A stretch of 63,626 bases of DNA, the filler included, from Pelomyxa schiedti (Eukaryota > Protista > Evosea), in assembly GCA_020536535.1 (NCBI GenBank). It is 8 parts of 8 records of this genome, joined end to end, with 100 filler letters (N's around TTAATTAATTAA, not from the genome) between each part and the next. Parts side by side here need not be neighbours in the genome. Positions count along the whole stretch, not along the records: positions 1,192 to 26,565 come from JAHLWZ010001049.1; positions 26,666 to 33,375 come from JAHLWZ010001398.1; positions 33,476 to 34,741 come from JAHLWZ010002638.1; positions 34,842 to 35,875 come from JAHLWZ010002961.1; positions 35,976 to 46,589 come from JAHLWZ010001260.1; 3 more parts are not named here. One strand, given 5' to 3'. Positions 25,670 to 37,715 of this stretch are shown here, piece by piece. Numbering within the stretch: the first letter of the stretch is position 1; every line of letters starts with the position of its first letter. The position numbers and the translations under genes were made by a program. Under the pieces are notes generated by a model. The model did no database searches. It was not told the origin of the DNA and worked only from the letters and a program-made list of their open reading frames with translations.

Positions 25670-26565
25670 TTATTGGTAGTATTTACCTCTAGAAATATAC
25701 AGTAAAACGAGGAGCAGTAATGCCCGCCGTTCCATCAGAATGTAGTCCAGAAGAAGCAAAAACAAGTCGAAAGCATAAATGCCAGTATATAAACGGGTAC
25801 AAATACAACAGCCCAAGTGTAGTCCCTGACGCTGTCCATTACAACAGAAACCAGGTAGAAAAAAACTCCAAGTACAGGTGCCACAAAGCTTCCAAAAAGA
25901 GTCCACATAATACAAAACATTGCCTCGTCATACTCGATCCTAAGCCGTTCCAAAAAATTGGCAAAACTACACAACAGTGAAAATGGAAAGGCATACGAAT
26001 TCTTGAATATTATGGTGCTTCCTAGAAAATAGACCATTGGTGTAATCCAATCCAGGCCCATAAGAAATAGCAAAGGTGAAACAACAAATCTCCATGATAA
26101 ATAACGGGGATTTGCAAGCTTCCATGACAGTAAAAACAGAAATATGGATATGAATGCAGATCCGTCGGCGAAACATATTTTTAGCACAAAGCGAATATTC
26201 TCGCTCACAATAAAATGACGGTGCCTCATTGCTATTGTTCCAGCCAAATACATGTACAGTGACACCAGTTGCAAAGGTATTGGCAGCATCCAACAAGGAA
26301 TAAGCTCTCCCTCAGAGACAACAAAGATCAGAAGAATCACAAAAAAAGGTAGAAAGCTGGCAACCCCACATAAAGTGAGGAGTTTTCGCAGGGCTCGACT
26401 GCACGTGAGTCGTCCGTTGGTGAAAAAATTGACAGTCGATCGGAAGCAAATGAGATCAGCAAACAAAGGCACAGCACATTTGGCAAGGCCTCTGGACTCA
26501 TAATGGAGTTCAGCGTCCTCATGACCAAATTTATACAAGTACCTGTAAAATAACTTGAAAGGAAT
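25670..26565 (-). CDS. Multi-pass membrane protein, TMEM185/TMEM60 (fragile-X-F)-like; 5' truncated by gap
   Basis: Repeated hydrophobic helices with SWRFVVSPL and TWAVVFVPVYIL motifs. Confidence 0.6.
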
Positions 26566-26665
26566 NNNNNNNNNNNNNNNNNNNNNNNNNNNNNNNNNNN
26601 NNNNNNNNNTTAATTAATTAANNNNNNNNNNNNNNNNNNNNNNNNNNNNNNNNNNNNNNNNNNNN

Positions 26666-26785
26666 ACACTCCCTTTTTATCCCCTTACAACAACAACCAA
26701 ACAAACAAGAGAACCCTTTATTCTCTTCACTCTCACTCGTTTTCTTCCCCTGTGGGACTTATTCTCGAGCCTACAGAAGCTAACA
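26666..26785. repeat. About 120-bp dispersed repeat, copy 1 (copy 2 at 30625-30745, diverged copy 3 at ~32127-32211)
   Basis: Shared acactcccttttt...caagagaaccctttattctc...ctgtggg-N-ccYacagaagctaaca. Confidence 0.9.
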
Positions 26786-26793
26786 ATTCAAAC

Positions 26794-28836
26794 TCAAAAT
26801 GAAATGTGTTGAGCATCAGAAGCAGAGAGCCTGGTGGCACGATCACGTGACATCATCCCAACAAGAACCTGTGCAATGGTGGTGCTCATTCCTGTCGTTG
26901 TTGCTGTGATACTGTTGATGTTCCATTGTGTAGGGAGAGGAGGGAGCAACTCAGTGGAGAAGGTGAACATGTCTTGTTTGAACTGGCCAATGAACTTGTT
27001 GGTGGGTGGCAGCATGGCATCGTAAAAGGTGAGGGCGAGGGAGAATGAGTCACACTTGGCAAATGAGAACACACAGGATGGGCCATGCATCCTCATGAGG
27101 TCTCTGGAGAGTGCACTCACCTTGGGGGGCATTGTCCCGGCGTTTCCCCACACCTGACCTTTGCCCCTGGTCACTGTAAATTGCAAGTCGTCAGTGGAAC
27201 ACTCCACAGCTTCTCCAAAGTCAATCAATGTGAGCTTGTGAGTGGCTGGGTCAACAAGTATGTTGTCTCCTTTGATGTCCCTGAGAATTGTGAATGGGAA
27301 GCATACACAACAGGGAAAAAACCAACCTGTGGACGACATGTGCCCTTTCAAGGTGGGCAACAGCACTCAGTGATTGGAGAAGCAGGTTCCTCACTGTACG
27401 GGATACACCATTATCAGCACCACCAACCTGAATTCGTGTGGTTGCTGCAGATCTCCCATAAACAATGGTTGGCAGAAGTTTAACCAATGGAACACCACAG
27501 AAAGGAAGCAGAAAAGCCAGTGACTTGTTCAGTGCAAATTCTCTGTAAGCTGTCTGATTTGAGGGAATTGCCTCAATGAACTCAGTTGGAAATCTGAGGG
27601 TGTGGAATTGGTTGGTTGCTGAGGATTCTGGATTTATTATATCCATTAAACTCTTGGTTTGTGATGTATATTTCCTTATTATTGCTCTTCTTATGTGTAA
27701 ACACACACCGAGGAATGACAAGAGTTCCAAGAGGGTGGATAACATTTGGATGAAGTGGCACTGATGCAAGAACAATGCACTCTTTCATGTATTTCTGCTT
27801 GATCAGTGTCTGTTGCAGTGTGTTCTCCCAGTTGAACATAACTTTCATTGCCATGGTTGTTGGTGGTGCGTTGTTTTCATCACTTGTGGTGTTGCCCAGA
27901 GGCTGTGTGGTTGATGGAGATGAAGAAGGAGACACACCGCTGCATCCTCCTCTGGGGAAAAATTTAACCTGGAATGTTGCTGCATTTGAGCCTGAACCGA
28001 GGAATTTTGTCATTGCAAATGAATCAATGTTTGCTCCAATCAACGATGTCATTGTCTCTGCTCTCTCCTGGTTTTTTTTTTTTTTGTTGGTTCAGTTGAA
28101 GTACTGGGGGGAAGACAGAGCAACACCTTGTAACATGCTTTGAGAACAGAGTTCTCCTCCTCGAGTGTCTGGACCCACTTCTCCTTTTCTTGCAGAGAGA
28201 ATCAACACCCTCTCGTTCATTTCCCTCAATGAATCTCCAAGCCTCTTGTTCTCCACTGTGATTCTTGCAATTTCTCTCTCTTTCTCTCTCATCTCAACTT
28301 CAAATGTGTTGCTATTTTTTGGTGTGTTGATGGTTGGCTTTGAGCATTGCAGTCTGGCGTTGTGATCCGTCAAGAGGTTACAGATGTCAGTGCAGTTCTT
28401 TCTTTTGGCTACATCAAGTGGTGTTTCACCATTGATGTTTTTGCAGTTTGTTTCAATTCCATTGACTTTGAGCAGAACTTTCACACCTTCCACGAATCCC
28501 TATTCACAAGCCACGTGCAGGCTCTGACCAGTGGGCACCCCTTGTTGACATCCATCTTGCCACCAGCATCCTCACCACTGCCTCCTTGCCCTCGCGAGCA
28601 GCGAGACACAGTGGCGTGTCGCCATGCCTGTCAGTTTTGTTTGGGTCGATCAGGGGGTCGCGTGATGCACCCACCACGCCAAGGAGCTGCCCAACAAGCG
28701 ACTCGTGCCCGAACCAGCACGCGTAGTGAAGCATGGTCCAACCACCAGGGGTGATGGAGGCATTGATGTCCCACGCGGGTGTGAGTGGCATGTCCTCACG
28801 GGGAGTGACTGCTGCACTCATTGTTGTAGTGGTCAT
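26794..28836 (-). pseudogene. Ankyrin - coiled coil - PINK1-like Ser/Thr kinase; ankyrin part disrupted, kinase exons apparently intact
   Basis: Ankyrin motifs TMLHYACWFGH, GDTPLCLAAREG, GETPLDVA. Frameshift plus in-frame TAG near 28500 (LHVACE*GFVEGV). Kinase LGSGSNA, AMKVMFNW, HPNVI, VVHR/DIKGDNILV, LIDFG, WGNAGTMPP, KCDSFS. Confidence 0.7.
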
Positions 28837-29110
28837 TTTGAAAGGGAAGAAGAATGTATTTATTATTTTACTTGTTCTGAGGTGAGTGAAAGCGGTGTTG
28901 CTTATAAGCCCAGAGTCCCATGAATTCTGAGTATTCTGTGGACGCGATGCACAGCGTCAGGTGCCATGGAATTCCTGGAAGTTGTCCGACTTCTGTGGGT
29001 TGCTCTGTGCCGACACCGCGATTCCCTTTTTCGGGAAGTCATCACTTTCACACGGGTGACGGCCCCGCCGGCACGCATGGCCTCGAGCTGAGCCTCTCAC
29101 AGTGCTGTCG

Positions 29111-29650
29111 TCATCGCGATGACGGGTTTGTTGTTGAATAAAAAACCCAGTCCTTACTTGAAAACACCCGTATCTCCTTCCCCCTCCCAACCACACCGTA
29201 AACGCAGTCCACGTTGGCGCCGCAGACGGCGCGGTCGCCGGGCCGCTCCGCCCACCACATCATCTCGTGAGTGAGCGACATCAGGGCCAGGGACACCCCG
29301 AACGTGACCATCACGCACCCGCCGCCTCCTCGTTGCTGATAGTGGCGCCACTTGACGCAGTAGAACCTCGTCGTGTTGTTGTTGTCCATCACCCACAGCC
29401 ACACCAGCCTCACGGCCAGCGCGCCACCCATAATCGACAGCAGCGGGCACCCCGCCGCCCCGCCGCACCGCCGGTGCGTCCCCGACGCCAGCGCGCCAAT
29501 CTGGTCCCTCGCCTTGGTCGTCGCGACGGCGCGCTGTTGCTGTTGGTTGTTGTTGTTGTTGTTGTTGGGACACGCCACGGCGACCACCGCCTTCCCTGTG
29601 CGTTGTTTTCGTCGTCGTTGCTGCTGCCCCGGGGCAGACTCGCCATCCAT
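29111..29650 (-). CDS. RDQ..ALA...H.RCG family protein, possibly truncated or pseudogenised
   Basis: KARDQIGALASGTHRRCGG...VRLVWLWV...VTFGVSLALMSL; GC-rich like the other two members. Confidence 0.6.
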   Translation of the reverse strand: MDGESAPGQQQRRRKQRTGKAVVAVACPNNNNNNNQQQQRAVATTKARDQIGALASGTHRRCGGAAGCPLLSIMGGALAVRLVWLWVMDNNNTTRFYCVKWRHYQQRGGGGCVMVTFGVSLALMSLTHEMMWWAERPGDRAVCGANVDCVYGVVGRGKEIRVFSSKDWVFYSTTNPSSR

Positions 29651-30749
29651 TTTCCGTCTTGGTTGTTGTTGCGATCTTTTTTGATCAGGTCGATGATGAA
29701 AAATCAAGGCTGGCAAATGTGATGCTCGGGTGCACGAATGGGAGACAACTCAATTGAATTCTGTCAAACCTGGGACGGACCTCGAAAAGGAATATCGTCA
29801 CTAGACAGTGTAGTACAGTGCAGAGTGAGAGTAATCCACCCTATTAAAGGGTCAACTCGTTGTAAACACATGTGTTGTGTGTGCAGTTCCAAGGCTGTGA
29901 GCGAGTCAGCAGCGATGTTGGTAGTGAGTCAGCAACATCAGGAGCCCTCAGAACTGCCAGCTCATTTCTGAAATCATCAGCCTGGGGTGCAAGTGCGTCT
30001 GTGCAGTTCTATAAACAGGGTGCCAGGTGTGTGTGAATGATGCACCCTTCCACAGAGTGTATCCCCACCCAGAGATGCGTGGGCTAATGATACTGCTGTT
30101 GCTGGCGGTTCTGGCACATCCCTTGATAAAGTTGTTGCAGAACTGTGATTGAACCTGGGGTGCATCAGCGTGTAAGTGCAAGGTGGTGGTGGGGGGTGTG
30201 GTGATGACAATGGGCCGTGCTGCTGTCCTTGGAACTGGCAAAGTGTTGAGGGCCTGTGTGCAATAAACACCTTGGTTAGAATGTGTCCTGGGCATGACTC
30301 AGCCAAAGTTGTTTCAAGATTATCTGGGAGCATGTGTTGCTTCTGTGTACTTCCACAAAGTACACGAACTCGGCCTTGCTTGCGAGGCTCTGAAGTCTGG
30401 CACACTTTAGCGGGATGATTGGAGAGACTGAGGACTGAGCCGAATCTGGACTATTACCAGAATGAGACAGCGAAGGTAATGATCAGCGCACAGCGCAGCT
30501 GGGCGCACAAATACAGCAACAACAACGTGGCAGGCGGTTTTGATTATGTGCACACTTGTCCAAGAATCCATTTGAACATCGCAGCCTTTTAACCCAATCA
30601 CACAACCACTCTGCGAGATTTTACACACTCCCTTTTTACCCCCTTTACAACAACGACCAAACAAACAAGAGAACCCTTTATTCTCTTCACTCTCACTCGT
30701 TTTCTTCCTCTGTGGGACTTATTCTCGAGCCCACAGAAGCTAACACTTC

Positions 30750-31300
30750 AGCGGTTTGCATTGAAGAGTTTGCCTGTGGATTCACTGAATCACACAAAGA
30801 TAAAGACATTTTTCATCAAGTGATCCTTCTCAAAGGCAGACTGCATTTCCATAATGAACTGCTCCATTGTGTCAATTCTGGTTTTCTTTGTCCACTCATT
30901 GTAAAATTGGGACAGCAGCCCAAAGTGCCCATCAACTTTGGACTTTCCATGCTTTGCTGCCCACAAATGCCAGGAAAGGTGGCAGTTCAACTTCCCTCAG
31001 AAGGAATAGGTGTGCCACCTCATAGTTGTCAAGAGCTTGATGTCAGAGATCCCCTGAAACTAGTCAAGGTGGTCTGTGGTGAACTCTTCAAGTGCACCAC
31101 CAACAAAAGTGGCATTTATGTAGGACACAATGTCCCAGTATTTCCTTTCTGTCTTGTGTGTGGGATTTTTCCTGATTGTCTGGATCCCAAAGACAGACAA
31201 GGGTTGCCAGAAGTAGAAATCCCTGTTCAGCTGCACATAGTGATAATCATTTCATTGATGTGGTGGTGGTCATCCCAATGGGCAATTCCCTGCCTCTTGA
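30750..31300 (-). mobile_element. Decayed DDE/DDD transposase fragment (HGKS..DG class, Sola2-like)
   Basis: Fragments in order, broken by stops and frameshifts: VQLNRDFYFWQPLSVFGI, RKYWDIVSYINATFVGGAL, WHLWAAKHGKSKVDGHFGLLSQFY. Confidence 0.5.
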
Positions 31301-31606
31301 GTGGGAATTCAGGAATTCAAAAGTGGTCTTGTCTGAAACACCAAATGTGTTGTTTTCTCTTGTCCCATCAGAAGGAGATGTGGGGAATTTGATTGCTGAC
31401 CTCTTTAGAAATGCTCTGCTGTTTTTTTTATTTTACCCAAGTGAAAGTTACCATACCTACCTGTTATAAGTTACATTTAACAGCACAGTTAACAGTTTCC
31501 ACAGTATCCTGCTCTATGAACATAGTGGTAACCACACAAAAATGTGCGAACAAAGTGAGCCATTTTTGTGTGGAGAAAGGCACCACAGAAAAAATATTGC
31601 AGCTGG

Positions 31607-31850
31607 CTGTGAATGGTGGAGAAAAAGTCAAAGAAAGTTCTAAGAAGCCATCCGGGGCTAACCGGGGGGAAACAGCAACCCCAGGGTGGTGGCAACCCTG
31701 AGCAGATGCAACCCAGGCATGCAACACACAGGACTTGCTGCCTATCCCTTTGGGGTTGCAGCTGGCTGTGAATGGTGGGAGGTGGTTTTGTCTGCATGTG
31801 CAACAAACGAAAGTGGAGAAAAAGTCAAAGAAAGTTCTAAGAAGCCATCC
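31607..31850. repeat. Local direct repeats (22-38 bp blocks)
   Basis: tgcagctggctgtgaatggtgg occurs twice; gtggagaaaaagtcaaagaaagttctaagaagccatcc occurs twice (~31616 and ~31813); atccggggctaacc.gggggaaacag occurs at ~31650 and ~32212. Confidence 0.85.
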
Positions 31851-32302
31851 TGTGTACTTTAGCAAGTACACAAGCTTTAGCTCTATGGACACTCTGTGGA
31901 CTCTGTACGAATCTCGACTCTCAAGACCCAATGCGGGCTTGATGGAATTACTGGAATAAGGCAGTGACGATCTTATGAGACACAGAACACACTAATGCGG
32001 ACTGCAGTGGTGATTGATTCTAAGGTAATCTCAACTGAGAATTGGACAACAGTGTGGCTTCAAAGCTAACCGCACCTAACCGCACCAAATTAATTATCCT
32101 TTGAACACATGCAACCCAAGCACGAGAACAAGCAAGAGAACCTTTACACTCTTACTCTCTTTCGTTCTTTTCCCTCTGTGGGGCTTTATTCTCTTCCCAC
32201 AGAAGCTAACAATCCGGGGCTAACCAGGGGGAAACAGTCAGTCTCTGTGAGTTATTTATTACTTGATTGAGAGAGAAGAAGTGGTGAAAAATAAATAAAT
32301 AA

Positions 32303-33230
32303 CTACCAAGGGATGACCAAAGCACCAAGAGGGTGGATCACGTTTGGGTGATTTGGAACCAATGAGAGCACAACACATTCAACCATGTATTTCTGCCTCA
32401 TGAGTGTCTGCCGTGGTGTGTTCTCCCAGTTGAAAACCACCTTCATCACCCTGTCTGTTCTCGTTCTTGTTGTTGTTCTTGTTTGAGCTGAGGCTGTTGT
32501 TGAAGTGGATCTTATTTGGTTGTTGGTGCTGTTGAACATTGTGGCTCGGTGTTGCACATGGAACGCAGCAGCATCAGAACCTGTGCCAAGCAGTTTCATC
32601 ATCGCTTGTTCTCCACTGTGATTCTTGCAATGTCTCTCTCTTTCTCTCTCATCTCAACTTCAAATGTGCTGCCACTTTCTGGTGTGTCAGTGGTGATGGT
32701 GGTGGTGGGCTTTGAGGATTGAAGCCTGGCGTTGTGATTCCTCAAGAGGTTGCAGATACCAGGGCACTGCCTTCTCATTGCCACATCGACTGGTGTTTCA
32801 CCTTTGTTGTTTTTGCAGTTTGTGTCGATCCCATTGACTTCTAGCAGAAAGAGAGCCTTCACCCCTTCCAGGGATGCCTCCTCACAAGCCACGTGCAGTG
32901 CCGTTCGACCATCTGTCTGCGCCACCAGGTTGACGTCCACGCGTGGGCACTCAAGCAACACCACCACCACCTTTGTGTGGGACTTGGGGTAAAATGCCAA
33001 AACGACTGTTTTGTGTGGGGAGTCACAGTTTGAAAGTGGTGAGTCGCAGTGTGGCCCCACCACACTTCCCTTGTTATTTTTTCCACAATCAATGTTCAGT
33101 GGCACTTCTCAAGCTGTCACCAACAACACTGACCAACCACGCCCACCCACGCCCCATTAACCGTCGTCGAACCACACTCCCGCACTCCAAAAACAAAATG
33201 ATGAAAATTTTCTGAGGAAAACGGGACGCA
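32303..33230 (-). pseudogene. Second, truncated ankyrin - PINK1-like kinase paralog
   Basis: GRTALHVACEE, NNKGETPVDVA and TFEVEMREKERDIARITVENKR* are nearly identical to 28092-28493. MKVVFNWENTPRQTLMRQKY...HPNVIHPLGALVIP is followed by no further kinase sequence. Confidence 0.75.
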
Positions 33231-33475
33231 CTGGTGCGTGAAAAGAAACACCAGCATGAGAGGAAACTCAAATCAGTGGCCCACTTCCTGACACTTTTCC
33301 TTTTTAAGAAATATGGGGGTTGGAATTTTATTTCTTTCTTACTTGGAGCTCAAATAACTCTGAAAATACGCATCCNNNNNNNNNNNNNNNNNNNNNNNNN
33401 NNNNNNNNNNNNNNNNNNNTTAATTAATTAANNNNNNNNNNNNNNNNNNNNNNNNNNNNNNNNNNNNNNNNNNNN

Positions 33476-33699
33476 CAATGCTGACCATGGTAGCACAGAC
33501 TGTTCTGCCGGAGGCCTACTTCCACGCACAGAACCTCTCAGGTCTGTCAACACTCCTTGGGTTCCTCACAGCATTCCTTATCGATGTGTGGGACACTGAA
33601 TACCCGATCCACGACCATTACTCCTCCTTATCTTCAGGACTCTCATCATCACTGTCCTCCTCATTGTCTTTTGCCTCATCATGGAGCAGCACATTATGA
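33476..33699 (+). CDS. C-terminal end of a ZIP/ZupT-family metal transporter
   Basis: MLTMVAQTVLPEAY...LSGLSTLLGFLTAFLI matches the last two ZIP helices (PEA motif). Confidence 0.7.
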
Positions 33700-33912
33700 T
33701 GGCCTGACTACGAGCACGTGAATCTTTGGGTTTTGTTTTCAACTCAGAAACACTACTGAATTTCTATCCTGTAACCAATGTTGATGGAGAGCCATCATTT
33801 TTGTCACTCCACATCAACTACAATAGCGGAGGTGGTGGACGCCAACGCGCCGTCAACTGTTGGAGTAGTTTTTTCGTCTGTTTTGATTTTAAATCTGTGA
33901 TTATTGGTTGAT

Positions 33913-34741
33913 TCACTCAGTGGGACTTGCTTTTATTCCCACACAAAAGATGGTTGTCGTCGACATGAGTGTAATGCGGATTTCCTTGAACAGTGGAAAT
34001 GTGAGAGTGACAACACAGAACCCACTGAATGGCTCAATCACCCTCAAGTGTGGCCCTGCTGTGCACAGGACAAGCCCTGACTGTGCATGCACCTCAAAGT
34101 TGTCACCACGGCGGTGGCGGGGGGGTTTCTTGTCGGAGCAATGGGAATTTGTGGTGGACATGATGGAGGAGACACCCACTTTTGAGGGGTTAGTTGTGTC
34201 ATTGCAATCGCAAATAAACAGGCAGTTGTGTTCTGAAAGACGATCCGTGATGAGGAACACAGAGTCACTCACAGGGTCAAACCGAGAGTATGGGGAAAGT
34301 GGAGTGACACGCCCAGTTATTTCTTCAACTGCAACACCACGCATTTCACCTCTATCAATGTGTTCTGAGCAGATGAAACAACGGGCACCACTTTTCTTCC
34401 TCATCACAAAGGTGGATGTGAGACAAGCAAATGGGGATGCCCACGAGGTGATGCTGAGGACGCACAGTGTTCCGTTCGAGTGTGTCTGCTCCACATCAAT
34501 CACAAGGGCCACGATTGATGACTCTGCCGTCCTTGCTTTTCTCACAACGACAAGAAGCAACTCATCGGGCCTTTGCCAATCGAACCTGAGGCACGAACCA
34601 CCTTCAGCAATGAAGTCCACTGGAACCTTGAAAGTGGAGAATCCACCAATCCTGTTCCTGTCATCGTTGAAGCGATGAACAAGAAGCTCATTCTCACCAC
34701 TCCTCTCTCCACAACCAAGTATCACCATCCACTTTGTGTTG
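33913..34741 (-). CDS. 3' part of a lineage-specific beta-rich hypothetical protein
   Basis: 271-aa ORF open into the gap. LVIDVEQTHSNGTLCVLSIT is paralogous to LVVDMEQTYNNRKLVVLSTT at ~61000. Confidence 0.6.
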
Positions 34742-34841
34742 NNNNNNNNNNNNNNNNNNNNNNNNNNNNNNNNNNNNNNNNNNNNTTAATTAATTAANNN
34801 NNNNNNNNNNNNNNNNNNNNNNNNNNNNNNNNNNNNNNNNN

Positions 34842-35875
34842 CAGCGGTTCTTGCCATCAGAAAGAAGCCGGAACAAGAGGGGGTTGTTGTAACCTTTGAT
34901 GTGGGAGTACTCAAGGTTGAACTTTCGAATCACCCACTTCACAATTTTGCTGCGTGGGTGCTTGTATGTGGTGAGGCACTGGCCCACGAACTCCGGTGTC
35001 AACAACGAAGAATCCACACCAACAGACTGAATGACGCGCTGAAGAGCTTTCAGATCATTCTCCATCAGCCCAACAAGAAAGAGCTTAAACAGGAACGGGT
35101 TTCTCTGGGGCTGATACTGGGTGAAGGTGTCCAGCAGGAATAAAACTGAATCCCATTGCTTGAAAGTGATCAAGGGTGAAATCGCACTTTCGATAACGCT
35201 CGCTTGCCATTGCAATGGTTGTGGGAGGTGATTTATGAACCACTTCAAACCTTTCAAAAGAGATAAACCACACAACTCAATCAGCATGTCTTCAGCGCAA
35301 CCTGGTTTGGAATTGATGCCATCCATCACATGGAAGGTGGCATCAAGCCAATCTGCAACTTCAATTCTACTGAACGGCAGTGCGTTGGTGAGGCCTTTGA
35401 TGATGTCACTTGGAGAAAGTGTCACCCTCGTTGAAAGCCACCTGAGAAGTGAAGAATTGGTTGATGTGTAACAAGCCAATAAAAACGATTCAGGAGTTGG
35501 TGCAAATTTCTTGGTGGCCACCAACCACTCAGCAAACTCCATGTTTCCAAGACTGCTGCAGAGATAATTCAGAGACTCCAGACTTGGATCAAGAGACAAC
35601 GTTGTCAGAACCCACTTGGCAACGTCTGGATTCTGTATATCTTTCAGGAGGTTGTCATCAACACCAACACTTCGAATATCAGCTTCAAAATATTGGCAAT
35701 CTTCCACAGATGCATGTGCGTTCCTGAGCAATTCACTCACTATTCTCTCCTTTGTTGGAACAGGAAATTTCTTCTCAATGAACCACTTTGAGTTTGCAGG
35801 GCAGTTGCCTCTGACACACGACATGAACAGATCCTCAAACTTGAGGGTGCCAAAGCTTTCCTCCAAATGGAACTC
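34842..35875 (-). CDS. Internal fragment of a degenerate ankyrin-like helical repeat protein
   Basis: Frame is open across the whole contig, with periodic VAKWVL/FAEWLV/LLRWLS/VADWLD/GLKWFI/IVKWVI motifs. Confidence 0.6.
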
Positions 35876-36348
35876 NNNNNNNNNNNNNNNNNNNNNNNNN
35901 NNNNNNNNNNNNNNNNNNNTTAATTAATTAANNNNNNNNNNNNNNNNNNNNNNNNNNNNNNNNNNNNNNNNNNNNACCCCGCCAAGTGTAAAGAGCCCCC
36001 CAAACTCCGATTTTTTGATGGTGGTATTTTCAAAAAACGCCTCCTCAACCTGTCATTTTTAACGCTCAATTCTCCGGTCATTTGCACACCGGTGTAAGTT
36101 TAACTTTTTTCCCTGTGGTTTTCCGGTGTATGCCTTTAAAGAAAGTGGGATCAAGGGCCACAGGGTGAGGAGCAACTTAGCCCTTTTGCCTGACCTTAGC
36201 GGAATCATCAACCTTACCGCCTAGGCGTGATGTTTACCATACACAGCACGGACGGCAATACAAATTTGCCCTGCAAAAACTTTGTTTTTGCTCAGGTTAA
36301 GTATTATCAGTCAGAGAAAAATTTAGTGTTCTTGAAGCACTAGCTGTT

Positions 36349-36838
36349 CTATGGTGTAGCAAATTTACTTGTCCACTCTTTCGCGGTTTGAGCGAAAGTG
36401 GTGGGAGCAGAGGAAAGCACCGCGCCAACCTCTGGGTTAATGCATCTTTCCATGGAAGGATCCGATATAAGCATGAACAATTCACACAGCACGTCAGAAG
36501 CTCTGTTCGACATGGACCAATCTTGGACCACATTTAAGCACACTTCAGACGCATTCACACCAGGGTGGAATATCTTGGTCTCAAAAACTATGGCTGGTGG
36601 GGCAAAGGGATAGTTTGAATTGAATTCCAGCAAAACCGTAAAAACTCCTCCCTCGTAAGGTGTACCCTACTGCACGTTAGTCATGTGAAGCAAGCACAAC
36701 GAGAATGACCTGGGCACCGGCGATCTGAGCTCGCCATTTGTTTACGTTGTTGTCAACTAACTCAACTCCTATGCACCCCAGCGGTAAATCGTGCTTGAGT
36801 TTTGTGAGCTCGCCCACTAGTTGCCTCTGCCTGGACAT
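36349..36838 (-). CDS. Ubiquitin-conjugating enzyme E2 (divergent UBC4/5-like), 2 exons
   Basis: MSRQRQLVGELTKL...WRAQIAGAQ/GTPYEGGVF...YPFAPP...TKIFHPGVNASEVCL. Intron 36667-36709 has GT..AG and a GACTAAC branch site. Confidence 0.92.
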
Positions 36839-37715
36839 TTTTGATTTTCTGTACGGTCGTTGTTCTTCGAAACTGATTTGGTCCTCGTTGTTCCCAAGTT
36901 GTTGGACCAACTCACGAAAAGCAACGGCACAAACACACAAACAAAAAACCAAAAAACCTACCAATAAACAACGAGCCTCCATGTTCACAATATTCATTAA
37001 GCTGAATGAAACTATGACTTTTTCTGAGCCCGAAATATCTCAAACAATGACGGTATGGCATTTCACAAAGGCTTCCGTAGAACTAAAATACGAAGGTGGA
37101 ACAACTTATCGGGGTCATCAAACGCCGCACTAGGGACCCCACTGGCGACTATGCCCTCTTTTATTTGGTAAAAGCCCTACAACCACAGCACACACTGGAG
37201 TCTTATGGGGTGAGAAATAACTCCACAATACATGCATCCAAAAGGTAGTGCTGCTCTTCCTAAGTTTGTTACTACCTCTATTACAGAGGGCGTGGTGGCG
37301 ATTCATGTGAATAGATTATGTTCAGCCAAAAGGGTTGGAAAACAATAAAGAACACAAGAAATAAATAACCGGTTTTTCATTCATTGAAAATCTGAAGCTT
37401 AGAATAACATCTACCGGGAAATGTTATTCCGGGTTCAATCTCGGCGCTGCTTCGACAACTCTGACATTTGCTGAATGCCTCAGTCCCGACCCTGCACGAA
37501 CGTAGGTCTTGATGGTAAGGGTCTTCTGTTGGTACCTCTACCCCACACCTGCGTGTTAAGGCTCTAGCTATTGTCCACTCTAACTTCTAAATTCTATACC
37601 TTTACACCCTAGAGACCTGCCTGGATTGGGTTTGGGTTGCTTGATGGGGCTGGTTAACGAAAAACCCAACAGCTATTTTCTTCAAACCTACATCCAGTTG
37701 TCGTTTTCACTTGTT

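Noticed and set aside
35976-36290. Possible transposon end flanking the ubiquitin cluster
   Set aside because: No second copy, TIR partner or TSD is visible in the window.
36677-36997. Signal-peptide-like N-terminal extension on the E2 in the ORF track
   Set aside because: The hydrophobic stretch derives from T/G-rich upstream sequence; the E2 fold begins at MSRQRQL (36838). Not fully excluded without transcripts.
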